A stretch of 64,000 nt of DNA from Thermoproteota archaeon (GCA_024720975.1 JANJXX010000002.1:128001-192000), one strand, 5' to 3'. Numbered from the stretch's first letter, positions 1 through 10,871 are shown. Numbers and translations: made by a program. Notes: generated by a model not told the origin, from the letters alone.

Positions 1-252
1 TGTTATATGCTACCCGCTCTTTTAAAATTTATTATTCATGATGTTAATTATGGAAAGACTTTGATGTACTTCTCGTTGGTCGTCGTAATTATTACAACCA
101 GAAGATTTTTAATATGAACTTTTGAATGCTATCTAGCAGAAGTATCTTACTTTCCTAGCTTTGATTTATTACTATAAATATTGTGTCGATTTTTATATTC
201 CTAAATATTGACTGAGAGACTAACTTGAACGCAAAACTGGTGAAAAATAAAA

Positions 253-705
253 ATGCCACTGAAACCAGAGGAAGTGGAAAAATTTTTAAGTAATACTCCA
301 CCGAAATGGTTGGAATTCACCTACAGAGGTTACACAATTAAGGAGCTTTTAACCATGCCATTGGATGAATTGGCGAAGATCGCTCCAGCTAGGATACGTA
401 GAAAAATACTGAGATTTATTAACGGGAATGGTGGCCTAACAATAATGGAGCGCAGACTATTAGACAAGATAAAAAAGTACCATGAACGCGGTATAAAGAA
501 ACCGATAAAGACACACTGTAGAGATTTTCCAATTCTCCCAGAAATGATTGGCATGCGTTTTCTAGTCCATAATGGAAAGGAGTTCGTCGAGGTCCACATA
601 ACCCCATGGCATTTATTCAACCGACTCGGAGATTTTGCACCGACTACAAAATTCGTCCAGCACGGTGGTGTTAAGAAGGCCGGAACTGAAAGAAAGGAAA
701 AGTAA
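253..705 (+). CDS. rps19: 30S ribosomal protein uS19
   Basis: FTYRG, IKTHCRDFPILPEMIG, HNGKEFV, RLGDFAPT motifs; GGTGA SD upstream. Confidence 0.96.
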   Translation: MPLKPEEVEKFLSNTPPKWLEFTYRGYTIKELLTMPLDELAKIAPARIRRKILRFINGNGGLTIMERRLLDKIKKYHERGIKKPIKTHCRDFPILPEMIGMRFLVHNGKEFVEVHITPWHLFNRLGDFAPTTKFVQHGGVKKAGTERKEK

Positions 706-717
706 TAGGTGAATTTT

Positions 718-1272
718 ATGCCAAAGAACAGAGAAGGATACACGGTCCTTATCAAAGAGCTACCAAGAGAAAGAATAGCTCTCGCTAGAGGGCGAAACCT
801 ACCTATAAAATGGAAACACGCCGTTAATATTTGTGATGCAATAACTTCCAAGAGACTACTGATTGATGAAGCAATAGAATACCTAAAAAACGTAATTGCC
901 CGAAAAGAATACGTTCCATACTTTACTCACAGGCGACATTATGCACATAGAAAGGGTTCTGAGAAATGGAAATGGCCCCAGGGAGGATATCCTGAAAAAG
1001 CCGCTAGATACATACTAAAAATACTCAACAGCGCAAGGGCTAATGCTGAGCACGCCAGATTGGATCCATCAAAATGCATCATCTTCGTGATGTCAGCACA
1101 TAAGGGGCGCGCGATCCGCCGCCGCCCTGACCGCATAGGCCCTGGCCTGTTTCGAGGACAAAAAGTTAAAAGAGGCTGCAATATAGAGGTCGTTCTGTAC
1201 CAATTAACAGATGAAGAATATGAGCAACTCATGAGAGCCCGCAAAAAAGAGGAAACGTCAGCTGGCTCCTAA
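718..1272 (+). CDS. rpl22: 50S ribosomal protein uL22
   Basis: GRNLPIKWKHAVNIC, GGYPEKAA, NARANAE-like motifs; follows uS19; ATG at 718 chosen because GGTGA SD precedes it (ORF track starts at 709). Confidence 0.95.
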   Translation: MPKNREGYTVLIKELPRERIALARGRNLPIKWKHAVNICDAITSKRLLIDEAIEYLKNVIARKEYVPYFTHRRHYAHRKGSEKWKWPQGGYPEKAARYILKILNSARANAEHARLDPSKCIIFVMSAHKGRAIRRRPDRIGPGLFRGQKVKRGCNIEVVLYQLTDEEYEQLMRARKKEETSAGS

Positions 1273-2106
1273 GCACTTAAGTTTAGTTACTTCTTCAGTT
1301 ATCACCTCAAGTTGCCAATTATCCAAACTCCTGATTCTAATCTGAGGACTTATGCCACGCTTCTCAATTGCTTGAATGATCCCCTCGGCACAGTTGCGCG
1401 GGAAGTGCTCGCGAATAGCACTTCTGAGCGTCCTATTAGGTGTATTAAAAAGTATTGTTACAACTCTATTGTAGTCATCAAACGAGACTATATGATTAAT
1501 CCTTCGCGGCTTCATACGAATGAGTGCTGAATCGACATTCGGAGTAGGAAAGAAATTTCTCCTCGAGACTCTTGAGAGAATTTCAACTTCAGCAAAGTAT
1601 TGAATTGTGGCGGAGATCCTACTCCTCTTCTCTCCTGGTCTCGCCGCAAGTTTTTCAGCAAATTCGAATTGGACAATAAAAACCGCTAACTCAAAGTCCG
1701 GTTTTGTGAAATATGTCTGAGCTAGCCTAAACATAAGTGGAGATACTATGTGGAAAGGTGGGTTTGAAACTATCTTTGTTACATCCGAGGGAAGATCTAT
1801 TTCCAGAGCATCGCCAACTATTAGTTCTATTTTCCCCTCTTCGATGAAATTTTTAAGTCGCTCTCTTAAAACGAGAGCTATATCAGGATCAACTTCAATT
1901 GCGTATACTTTCCTAGCTAGAGGTGCCAAGAGCTCTGTTAGGAAACCAAAACCGGCTCCTATGTCGAGCACTACATCACAGCTGCGTACATTTGCTGCTT
2001 CAATTTCGAGTTCGATAACATGCCTCGCATGAAGAAAATTCTGGGATAACTTTGGATCTAACCTTATGTTGTACCTCCTGCAAAGTTTAAGTATGTCGCT
2101 GAGCAT
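1258..2106 (-). CDS. rsmA: 16S rRNA m6,2A dimethyltransferase KsgA/Dim1
   Basis: SQNFL, VLDIGAGFG, IEVD, GDAL, SNPPF, FFPTPNVDS motifs. Confidence 0.95.
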   Translation of the reverse strand: MLSDILKLCRRYNIRLDPKLSQNFLHARHVIELEIEAANVRSCDVVLDIGAGFGFLTELLAPLARKVYAIEVDPDIALVLRERLKNFIEEGKIELIVGDALEIDLPSDVTKIVSNPPFHIVSPLMFRLAQTYFTKPDFELAVFIVQFEFAEKLAARPGEKRSRISATIQYFAEVEILSRVSRRNFFPTPNVDSALIRMKPRRINHIVSFDDYNRVVTILFNTPNRTLRSAIREHFPRNCAEGIIQAIEKRGISPQIRIRSLDNWQLEVITEEVTKLKCLGAS

Positions 2107-2125
2107 TCTAGTAACACAACTTGGA

Positions 2126-3058
2126 CTATTTCATATATTTACGCGTTGATTTAACTGCAGCAACTAACCTGTCAACAAAATAGTCTATATTTTCATCCAA
2201 ATAAACTCTAACTACATTAGGTCTAGCTATCGTTATATAACCCATTCTCTCGAGCGATCGTGAGAGTATAGTTAAATCGTAGCTACGAGAGCTAATATAG
2301 CACAACTTTACCTGCCTCCCATCACAACCAAGCAGTAGGATTATAGGCGCATTTAGAGGCGGTGCATAAAGCAAATACTTGGCGGCGATTTTTTCAACCG
2401 CATCTTTAATTGAGAATGATATCATCGCCACTTGTGGCGCGACCACCTGGAGGTTATCCCTGATTTTGTTCACTGTGAACTTTACTAAGCCGGCTAAATC
2501 CACAGATGTCGCTTTCTGAATCCAATCCCTAACTCTGTCCCATAATCCAGCTTTTACAAGGATTGCTAGCTCTTTATGAGCACTTTTTTCAGATAGCAAC
2601 CAGGCAAGTAAAAGCTTCTCAGAGAATGCATCTGCATGAATATTTCGCGTTGCTATATCATAGACAGCATCGAGAAAATCATTGGGAATTTCAAGATTGA
2701 ATGCATCAACAACAAGGTCTGTTAGTGATCCGTAGCTACTATCACACAAAATTAAGTTTGTCTGAAGTGCAGCACCATAGAATTGCTCGCAGTTAACCAC
2801 ATCAATTATGAAACTCTGGAATACCTGCAAATCTCTACTTATGGGTACTCCCAATATAACGCTGTACTTAGCCCTTCTAATGATGAGCCTAAATCGTATG
2901 GGAGCATCAAAAATTCTACTGAGAAGCCCAGAAGAAAATATCCCATCTAAATGAGGTTGCGTTATTATATTTCTATACTTCCGATGCATACCATTTGGAG
3001 AACTCATACATGACATAGAATTACCTGCAATTCTCATTCTGGAGAAATAAAAGTCCAT
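2126..3058 (-). CDS. Hypothetical protein, possibly a degenerate DHH-family phosphoesterase; start uncertain
   Basis: QPHLDGIFSSGLL resembles DHH motif I; no DHH triad visible; in an operon-like run of minus-strand genes. Confidence 0.45.
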   Translation of the reverse strand: MDFYFSRMRIAGNSMSCMSSPNGMHRKYRNIITQPHLDGIFSSGLLSRIFDAPIRFRLIIRRAKYSVILGVPISRDLQVFQSFIIDVVNCEQFYGAALQTNLILCDSSYGSLTDLVVDAFNLEIPNDFLDAVYDIATRNIHADAFSEKLLLAWLLSEKSAHKELAILVKAGLWDRVRDWIQKATSVDLAGLVKFTVNKIRDNLQVVAPQVAMISFSIKDAVEKIAAKYLLYAPPLNAPIILLLGCDGRQVKLCYISSRSYDLTILSRSLERMGYITIARPNVVRVYLDENIDYFVDRLVAAVKSTRKYMK

Positions 3059-3810
3059 TCTGACTCTTCAATTTGGTACTTTACCTCATCAATAATCCAG
3101 CGTTCTATAGCCTCTCGATCCTCCAGATAAACAAACTTATCGTCAATTGGCGTCTCTATTTTAAACAAAATCAAACCCTCAGGCGGTGCTGGCGGGATGC
3201 CTCCCTTATACTGCTTTCCTCTAAGAATATTCACGTAGGTCTCAAAGCTTACTCTACGCATACTAACGCCGAGCAACAGACTGACCACTCGCCGTACTTG
3301 CTCCCAGTAAAATCTTCGTCCGGCGACCCTAAAGAAGATCCAATAACTAGAGACGTCAAAGTCCACGAAAATACGCATCCATGGATTTCTTACCGACTGA
3401 CTGGGGTGCTTAATCAAGTGATAATAGTTGTGAGTTCTGCCGTTCAAGTAGTGAACGGCTTTTTCTAAGCGCTCGACATCCACACTGGGAAATAGTGGCG
3501 ATATGTACAGGTATTCCTTCCTAATAATCTTAAACTCGGGTAAGCTATCGGCGTAGTATGCAAACAACCTAACATCTGCTGGGAGTTCATTCCTAACGAA
3601 ATGCAAGAGATCCAAATCTCCCTGTTGTAAAAATATTATTTGATCAACCGCAGAAACCTTTGCATCTGTCCTGGAAACATACCTTATTGACTTAGAGTAG
3701 CCACTCTTTCTGAGTACACTTTGTAGAACTCCCTGCACAGTCGGAACGTCTGGCTGTATTTGAAAGCCTCTATAATTGAACCCCAGGTACGCGCAACGAA
3801 TCACTAGCAT
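3034..3810 (-). CDS. truA: tRNA pseudouridine(38-40) synthase TruA
   Basis: AYLGFNYRGFQIQP, SRTDAKVSA (catalytic Asp), FYWEQVRR, PAPPEGLIL. Confidence 0.93.
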   Translation of the reverse strand: MLVIRCAYLGFNYRGFQIQPDVPTVQGVLQSVLRKSGYSKSIRYVSRTDAKVSAVDQIIFLQQGDLDLLHFVRNELPADVRLFAYYADSLPEFKIIRKEYLYISPLFPSVDVERLEKAVHYLNGRTHNYYHLIKHPSQSVRNPWMRIFVDFDVSSYWIFFRVAGRRFYWEQVRRVVSLLLGVSMRRVSFETYVNILRGKQYKGGIPPAPPEGLILFKIETPIDDKFVYLEDREAIERWIIDEVKYQIEESEWTFISPE

Positions 3811-3819
3811 GTTCTATCC

Positions 3820-4680
3820 CTAACTTATGAGTTCGTAAATCGTTGGTGAATCATCTACATAGAATGTTTGAATGTCTTTTACTATTGTGACTAATCTCCC
3901 TGTCGTAGGATGAATAGAGCCGGGCATTCTTAGAAGTCTGTTCACATCTATTGTTACCTGCCGATCTACACGTGGTAACCGCTTTCTAACAGTTTTCCAT
4001 ATTTCGGCGACTTTTTTCTTCGCAGTGACATCAACTACATCAATTCTCCCGATTTGATCCACCTTACCGAAGATTTTAAGTGCCCTTTTCTGCCAGTATA
4101 GAGGACGCCTAAAGTTTTCACCCTGAGGAGAGATCCATTCAACAATGGCTTCTCTTGCTTCTTCATCTAATTCCATGACTTCAGATGACTCTGAAACCCA
4201 ACAGTGTAAACCACGTCTACCGCTGAAGACCCAGGTTATTTTTTCGAATCCAAAGTCCTCTCGTAGGGTCTCATCAATAAATATAGCCGAATCTCTCACA
4301 AGCGGCCAGCATTGCCTACACACGTGTTCCTTACCCTTTCCACAAGTACGTATGTCATCATACTCTGTTAAGTCTAAATCAAAAATCAGCTCGTGTCCAA
4401 GCCACTTGAGCTGTGTAATGGACTGCCCCCTCGGTGGAGGATCATATAGACCACCTACAGATATAGCTTGAGGTATTTCCGACCGAACAAACCTTAGAAA
4501 ATCGTCTGGTGTTTCAAAAGATCTATTTCTCGTGAAGATTTCTTTGTCATCTTTGATGAATACGAAACCAAATTCTCTGTGATGGAATGTGCTTGGATCT
4601 ATTATCTTAAACAACTGAGCTAGGGAGAACACATGCTTATAGAACTTTTCCAAGATATCAATTGGTATCAACCTAACCAC
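3820..4680 (-). CDS. priS: DNA primase small (catalytic) subunit
   Basis: HREFGF, ELIFDLD, FSGRRGLHCWV, DRQVTIDVNRLLRMPGSIH. Confidence 0.96.
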   Translation of the reverse strand: MVRLIPIDILEKFYKHVFSLAQLFKIIDPSTFHHREFGFVFIKDDKEIFTRNRSFETPDDFLRFVRSEIPQAISVGGLYDPPPRGQSITQLKWLGHELIFDLDLTEYDDIRTCGKGKEHVCRQCWPLVRDSAIFIDETLREDFGFEKITWVFSGRRGLHCWVSESSEVMELDEEAREAIVEWISPQGENFRRPLYWQKRALKIFGKVDQIGRIDVVDVTAKKKVAEIWKTVRKRLPRVDRQVTIDVNRLLRMPGSIHPTTGRLVTIVKDIQTFYVDDSPTIYELIS

Positions 4681-4886
4681 TAGACAGCCAAGATGTGCTT
4701 TCTCGTCCTAGCTCTTGCTTTGACTAAAATCGTTTTGTTACAATTGGGACATGCAATCCTATTGACCAATGCCAGTGCTGACGGCAGTGCCTGGTCACCG
4801 GACAGCCCCCAAACTTGACCACAATGTGGGCATACGACCCTTGCTTTGGCCTTTGCAGGTATTCCAGGACCCGACCGCTCCTCCAT
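4680..4886 (-). CDS. Small C4 zinc-ribbon protein, possibly a divergent eS27
   Basis: CPHC...CPNC; GGTGA SD; stop overlaps priS start. Confidence 0.6.
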   Translation of the reverse strand: MEERSGPGIPAKAKARVVCPHCGQVWGLSGDQALPSALALVNRIACPNCNKTILVKARARTRKHILAV

Positions 4887-4987
4887 AATGTCACCTGGCT
4901 AGTTCAATTTGATTCTAGCATTTTAATAAAAATCCGATGCTACAGATAATAAAAAGGTTTCCAAAGATAACATGAATTATTATACTA

Positions 4988-6196
4988 TCACTCAACTTGT
5001 TGAGCACTCTGTTGTTGTCGCTCTCCTAAGTTAATGATTTTGGTCTTATTATCTTCTTTATAAGCGAGGTATTTTACTCCTGCACTTCCCAGTTTGATTA
5101 ATAGATCCTCTGTTGGATGCATATCCATGATTATCACGTGAATCTTAAAATCACTACTTGAGATCATTTCAACTGAAGACTCGAGCAGCGTTAAAGCTCC
5201 AGAGAATATCTCCTCTAAGTTCTCATCCAAAGCTACGAATCTTTTGCTACCGACGATTTTCTCTAACTTTGCATCCAAGACTTCCTCAAGATTTTCAACT
5301 CGCTCAGCCTTGTATGCTTCTTCGAAGTGTTGCTCGAGGAGGTATTCCAATCTGCTGATATCAAGAGCTAGTTTCTCGGTCGATAATTTGTAGTCCAGCG
5401 CTTTCTTTATTTCCTTAAATGACAGCTCTTCGACTTCTTTGCCTCTAGGAGCTATTGCTACATAGTCCACGTCCGCCGTTTGAAGCAACGATTTAAGTAA
5501 AAGTATACCGGCTCTATCACCATCAACAAAGACTGTTGTCGTTTTCTTTTTCGATAAATCAATTATTGATTCAGGAATTTCACCGGAGCCTCCTACGGCG
5601 ATTGCATTATCAAAGCCGTGCTTGAGTAGGTTTAATACATCTGCACGACCCTCTACTATTATTATTTCATCCGACTTGAGTATTCCAACACCCGCGGGGA
5701 GTTTTTCAGGACCATAGGATATAATCTTAGACTTCTTAAGATGTTCCTCAACCAATCTAGGCACTTTCTCTGGAGGAATTTTGGTTTTTTCGAAAGTATG
5801 CCAACTTGCCAGGATCTCACTCGCACGCTCGATTATGCTTCGTCGTCGCTCCTCCAGAACATTTTCTATGGATTCTAGTTTTGTTTCAGCTTGGGCGGGC
5901 CCGATTTTATCGACTGTTTCTATAGCAGCCGCAAGCGTTGCCGCTTCGACTTTATTTAATGAGCATGGTATAGTTATCTCAGCATATGTCTTTCCCTCTC
6001 GATGAATTATTGACACTTCGATTCGTCCTATTCGACCCATATTCAGTAAGTTTTGGGGGTCGAGGTCTGGAGGCAATATACCCTCAAGCTGTCCAAATAT
6101 CGCTCCTATGATATCGTTTCTTTCCACGAAACCATTAACTGTCATCCTGAATTTCAGTACGTATTTAGAAAAGGGAACTCTATTCGAACTTGCCAT
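4988..6196 (-). CDS. dnaG: Archaeal DnaG-type primase (exosome-associated)
   Basis: DIIGAIFGQLEG, GRIGRIEV, TOPRIM IIVEGRADV and DGDRAG; ATG 6196 after GGTGA. Confidence 0.95.
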   Translation of the reverse strand: MASSNRVPFSKYVLKFRMTVNGFVERNDIIGAIFGQLEGILPPDLDPQNLLNMGRIGRIEVSIIHREGKTYAEITIPCSLNKVEAATLAAAIETVDKIGPAQAETKLESIENVLEERRRSIIERASEILASWHTFEKTKIPPEKVPRLVEEHLKKSKIISYGPEKLPAGVGILKSDEIIIVEGRADVLNLLKHGFDNAIAVGGSGEIPESIIDLSKKKTTTVFVDGDRAGILLLKSLLQTADVDYVAIAPRGKEVEELSFKEIKKALDYKLSTEKLALDISRLEYLLEQHFEEAYKAERVENLEEVLDAKLEKIVGSKRFVALDENLEEIFSGALTLLESSVEMISSSDFKIHVIIMDMHPTEDLLIKLGSAGVKYLAYKEDNKTKIINLGERQQQSAQQVE

Positions 6197-7121
6197 TCTT
6201 ATCACCCATCATTTCCAAAATCTTGCTCACGATTAATCGCGAAACTGAGAGTTCATCGCGCACAAAAGGATTGCTGACTGTATCCGTTGTTGCCATTTCG
6301 TCAACACCGCTTAGTAATAACCTATTGGCGGCGTCTTCTAGGAAAAGGCCATGGGTTCCATACACAGCAATTTTACCTTTGAAACCTTCCCCGCGCAACC
6401 ATTTAGCTACATTTGCTATTGTTCCCCCTGTAGCTATTATATCATCTAGAACAATAAAGCACTTGATATAATTAATGGCAGTCTTTATTGATTCCTGATC
6501 AATGGGGCTATGTCCTAAGATTTTGCCTGTCTTAGGATCACGACGCTTTTCGAATACGTAATATTCGACCCCCGCGTAATCAGATACCTTCCTAACAAAA
6601 CTTTCCCGTCCGCGGTCAGGTGCAATTATAGCAACTTCATCGCGGTGGTATTTGCTTGCAATATAATCGGCCCATAGTCTCTCTGTTGTTACATTTAATA
6701 CGCTACTTCCAAATTGTTTGAAAGCATTTTCATTATGAACATCAACGGTTATCAGCTTGCTGACACCTAATAGGAAAAATGTCTTAACTAGTGTAGTTGC
6801 GGAAATGGCCTCACCAGGCAGGAATCTTTTATCTTGCCGTGCGTAGGGGAGGTAAGGCCAAACTAATATTATGTCCTCAATACCAAGATCCTTAAGAGTA
6901 TCTACTATCAGAATTCCACGAAATATATTGGCATTTTGTTCCGGAAAGCCTCTTAAAATGACAGTGTAAGTTCCCTTCTCTACCTCATTACAAAATCTTA
7001 TATACTCTTCGCCATCCGGAAAAGTTTTATGCTCAATGCTAATTATTTTGAAGTTATGCTGCACAAAAGGCTCGATTTTAAATTGTTCATAAAGCGGATC
7101 TTTGACGACATACATGCGCAT
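6180..7121 (-). CDS. prs: Ribose-phosphate pyrophosphokinase
   Basis: FPDGE, PYLPYARQDKRF, VDVH, APDRG, LDDIIATGGT; ATG 7121 after GGTGA (ORF track extends to 7205). Confidence 0.95.
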   Translation of the reverse strand: MRMYVVKDPLYEQFKIEPFVQHNFKIISIEHKTFPDGEEYIRFCNEVEKGTYTVILRGFPEQNANIFRGILIVDTLKDLGIEDIILVWPYLPYARQDKRFLPGEAISATTLVKTFFLLGVSKLITVDVHNENAFKQFGSSVLNVTTERLWADYIASKYHRDEVAIIAPDRGRESFVRKVSDYAGVEYYVFEKRRDPKTGKILGHSPIDQESIKTAINYIKCFIVLDDIIATGGTIANVAKWLRGEGFKGKIAVYGTHGLFLEDAANRLLLSGVDEMATTDTVSNPFVRDELSVSRLIVSKILEMMGDKNGKFE

Positions 7122-7250
7122 GTTCATCACCGTAATACTAAACTTATTAATTGGCAGTGAGTGTTGACTAATGCTTATGAAACACAATGTAGTGATACTA
7201 TACACAATTATGATACTTGATAGGCTATTTGCCAGCTACCTATACGAAAT

Positions 7251-10200
7251 ATGGTGCAAAAATTGGATGAAAAAGCCATTAAACTCCAAATACCACCTAA
7301 TCTAAAATATCCTGAGAGCTATAAACCATACTTTGAGGAACTCATAGAAAAAACACAAGATGCGTATAGAGTAGCATTAGAAGCTAGAAGCAAAGGTTAT
7401 GACCCGCATACTAGACCTGAAATATCACTAGCCTTTGACCTAGCATCGAGAGTAGAAGCGTTAGTGGGACCAAAGGGTATAAGCGAACGGATAAGAGAGC
7501 TTCAAATGTCTGGTAAAGAGCTTGAGGAAATAGCGATTATAATAGCCAGCGAAATAGCCTCTGGTGCTTGGGAGTTACCAGAAAAAAACCCTGAAGCCGT
7601 CGCTGAGCAAGCATTGAGAACTTCACTTGCTATTGTCACTAATGGCGTTGTAGCAGCGCCTTTAGAAGGAATAGTCGCGGTTAAAATACGACCCGAAAAT
7701 CACATGGCAGTATTCTATGCTGGACCCATACGATCAGCAGGTGGGACCGAAACCGCAATGAGTGTTCTACTGGCAGACATTATTAGAAGAACACTAGGGC
7801 TATCAAAATATAAAGCAACACAAGAAGAAATCGAGAGAATGGTTGAGGAAATATTTCTCTATGACAGATATAGCAACCTGCAGCACCCTCCAAATCGAGA
7901 GGAAATTGTCTTTACCATGCAAAATATTCCCATAGAAGTCAATGGTGAAGGGATCGACAAAGAGGTCCAGATGTATCGTAAAGTGAGATATGTAGATACA
8001 CCAAAAATACGCGGAGGCGCGGTTCTAGTTATAAATGATGGACTAATAGCAAAAGCGAAAAAATTACTCAAGATCATTAGAAAATTTAATATAGATGGTT
8101 GGAATTGGTTGGAAGATCTTACAAAAACGAGTGACTCCAAGAACAGTAATGAAGAAACTAAACAATCAGAAAATAGCAAAAGTGCTGCAGACAAGAGATT
8201 CAGAGTAGAACCAAATTACGCATACATGAATGAAATCGTCATAGGCCGGCCAATATTTGCTTCTCCTATGAAGCACGGTGGATTCAGATTAAGGTACGGA
8301 AGATCAAGAAATACCGGTTTAGCTGCAGTAGGTGTACATCCGGCTACGATGTACATTCTTGAAGAGTTCTTAGCCATATGCACGCAAATAAAGCCAGAAA
8401 GGCCAGGAAAAGGCGCTATAGTCACTCCAGTTGATTGCATAGAGCCACCGGTCGTGTTACTTAAAGATGGCTCAGTCATTAAAGTTGAAACCATCGAGGA
8501 AGCACAAAAAATACGTGAATACATCGAAAAGATATTGTTCTTAGGAGATATGCTCATAGGGATCGGAGAGTTCCTGGAAAATAATCACGTGATTCTGCCT
8601 TCGCCTATCGTTGATGATTGGTGGGAGAAAGAGCTATTAGAAAGACTTTCACAAATAAACGAAAGCGCAAAATTTTTAGAGTACAAGGAGAAATCTTTGA
8701 AGGATCCTGAATTCATGGCCAAACTATCAGAAAAATTAGCTATTCCATGGCATCCTCGTTACACCTACTTCTGGAAAAATATATCAAAGGATGAATTAAT
8801 TTACCTAGCCGAAAGAATTGCGAATTCACCAACTACTACAATTAACTTTGACGCATTGCTAAAAAAGATTCTAGAAAAACTTCTAGTAGAGCACAAGATT
8901 ATTAATGGCAGCATCGTAATTAAGCCTGAGGATTTTGCTGCTCTTAAGATAATAGCCGATAAGGTGCTCGATAACAAAGAAAAAATTAAACTAACATATA
9001 TCAATGCGCTAGAGGTGTTGCAAGAAATAGGACTTAAGATCTACGATAAGTACACCATTTTCATTGGAGCTCGGATGGGAAGACCCGAAAAGGCAAAGCG
9101 ACGAGAAATGAAACCACTTGTGCATGTACTATTTCCTATCGGAGAGGCGGGAAAAACCACACGATCAGCGATACAAGCTATGGACAAAGAAAAGGTTTTC
9201 GAAATCGAAGCAAGTAGTATGTTCTGCAAAAAGTGCCGAAAGTTAACGTTTTATCCATTTTGCCCATCTTGCAAATCACGTACAGTTCCTGTATTTGTAT
9301 GCACAAACTGCAAACAAATATTCACGCAACCCACTAAAAAATGCACGAAATGCAACAATCGAGTCTTGCCGTACACCAGATTCCAGGTAGATTTTAAGCA
9401 ATTGCTAGCTGAGATTGAAGGGATACATGGAATAAAACCACCAAAAGATCTTAGATGTGTGATAGGCCTTATATCCAAAAGAAAAATGCCAGAATACTTA
9501 GCAAAAGGCATACTAAGAGCGAAGTATGATCTATCAGTTTTCCGAGACGGAACTATACGGTTTGATGCCACAGACGCTCCGTTAACACACTTTAAGCCGG
9601 TAGAAATTGGGGTTTCTGTAGAAAAATTAAGAGAATTAGGATATACTCATGACATATACGGAAAGCCTCTAGAAGACTGTAACCAGATCCTGGAGTTGAA
9701 AGTTCAAGACATCATAATAAGCGAAACTGCTGCTGACTATCTCGTCAGAGTAGCACAATTCGTTGACGAACTTCTGGTAAAAGTCTATGGTCTCAAACCC
9801 TACTATAATGCTAAGGATAGATACAGCCTGCTGGGGCACCTAGTTATTGGTCTCGCACCCCATACATCGGCGGGAATATTGGGCCGTATTGTAGGATTTA
9901 CGAAAGCAAAATGCATCTTTGCCCATCCATATTGGCATGCAGCTAAAAGAAGAAACTGCGACGGTGATGAGGACTCAATAATGCTTCTACTCGATGCTCT
10001 TATTAACTTCTCGAAGGAGTACCTACCGAAAAGCCGGGGCGGAAAGATGGACGCTCCTCTCATAGTGACAGTAATATTAAACCCCTTGGAGGTTGATTCC
10101 GAAGTTTACAATCTGGACACAATGAGAGAAATACCGCTCGAATTTTATAGAAAATCACTTAATTATCCCGAGCCCTCTGAAATTGAAAGCATCATAAACA

Positions 10201-10799
10201 ATGTTGAGAAGAGATTAAACACACCAGAGCAGTATGTAAATCTTCATTTTTCAGTAGATACCTCCCAGATAGATCTAGGACCTATAACCACCGCCTATTC
10301 TAGAACTAGAAGCATATTAGATAAGCTTACAAAGCAAATAAATCTAATGAAGAAAATCGCCGCCGTAGATTATGCAGATTCCGTCGGAAGGATTCTAGAC
10401 GGTCACATCCTCAGGGATATTTTTGGTAACTTAAGGTCGTTTGGTACACAAACATTCAAGTGCACGAAATGCAGAAGGACTTACAGAAGAATGCCCATAA
10501 CTGGCAAATGTCCCTCATGTGGAAATACTCTTCAGCTATCAGTATATATAAACATGATTCTGAAGTTCTTTAATACAGCTAACGAGATAGTCGACAACAT
10601 GAGTGAAGAAGATTATAGATCGCAACAATTTAGCAGATTCCTAGCAACGGATTATAGAGTTTTACGCCCAGCTATAAAAGATTTGGCTGAGACATTAGCA
10701 AGTAATGATCTTGAAAACAATAATATTAGAAGGAACAAAAACGAAAATACTGCAGTAGTAAGGAAAATAAAGGTGAATCTATCAGACTTTTTCAGCTGA
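7251..10799 (+). CDS. polC: DNA polymerase D large subunit DP2
   Basis: YAGPIRSAGGT, GGFRLRYGRSRNTG, HAAKRRNCDGDED catalytic motif, Zn fingers, C-terminal PIP-like NLSDFF. Confidence 0.98.
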   Translation: MVQKLDEKAIKLQIPPNLKYPESYKPYFEELIEKTQDAYRVALEARSKGYDPHTRPEISLAFDLASRVEALVGPKGISERIRELQMSGKELEEIAIIIASEIASGAWELPEKNPEAVAEQALRTSLAIVTNGVVAAPLEGIVAVKIRPENHMAVFYAGPIRSAGGTETAMSVLLADIIRRTLGLSKYKATQEEIERMVEEIFLYDRYSNLQHPPNREEIVFTMQNIPIEVNGEGIDKEVQMYRKVRYVDTPKIRGGAVLVINDGLIAKAKKLLKIIRKFNIDGWNWLEDLTKTSDSKNSNEETKQSENSKSAADKRFRVEPNYAYMNEIVIGRPIFASPMKHGGFRLRYGRSRNTGLAAVGVHPATMYILEEFLAICTQIKPERPGKGAIVTPVDCIEPPVVLLKDGSVIKVETIEEAQKIREYIEKILFLGDMLIGIGEFLENNHVILPSPIVDDWWEKELLERLSQINESAKFLEYKEKSLKDPEFMAKLSEKLAIPWHPRYTYFWKNISKDELIYLAERIANSPTTTINFDALLKKILEKLLVEHKIINGSIVIKPEDFAALKIIADKVLDNKEKIKLTYINALEVLQEIGLKIYDKYTIFIGARMGRPEKAKRREMKPLVHVLFPIGEAGKTTRSAIQAMDKEKVFEIEASSMFCKKCRKLTFYPFCPSCKSRTVPVFVCTNCKQIFTQPTKKCTKCNNRVLPYTRFQVDFKQLLAEIEGIHGIKPPKDLRCVIGLISKRKMPEYLAKGILRAKYDLSVFRDGTIRFDATDAPLTHFKPVEIGVSVEKLRELGYTHDIYGKPLEDCNQILELKVQDIIISETAADYLVRVAQFVDELLVKVYGLKPYYNAKDRYSLLGHLVIGLAPHTSAGILGRIVGFTKAKCIFAHPYWHAAKRRNCDGDEDSIMLLLDALINFSKEYLPKSRGGKMDAPLIVTVILNPLEVDSEVYNLDTMREIPLEFYRKSLNYPEPSEIESIINNVEKRLNTPEQYVNLHFSVDTSQIDLGPITTAYSRTRSILDKLTKQINLMKKIAAVDYADSVGRILDGHILRDIFGNLRSFGTQTFKCTKCRRTYRRMPITGKCPSCGNTLQLSVYINMILKFFNTANEIVDNMSEEDYRSQQFSRFLATDYRVLRPAIKDLAETLASNDLENNNIRRNKNENTAVVRKIKVNLSDFFS

Positions 10800-10871
10800 C
10801 TTTGAAAGCTGCTTCATTATTTTGCCATCGATCTGGTTTTTAACTAATTAGAAAAATAATGAAGTTGTTGT

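Noticed and set aside
7251-10799. Possible inteins in DP2 (also checked Lhr)
   Set aside because: Lengths are normal and conserved motifs are uninterrupted
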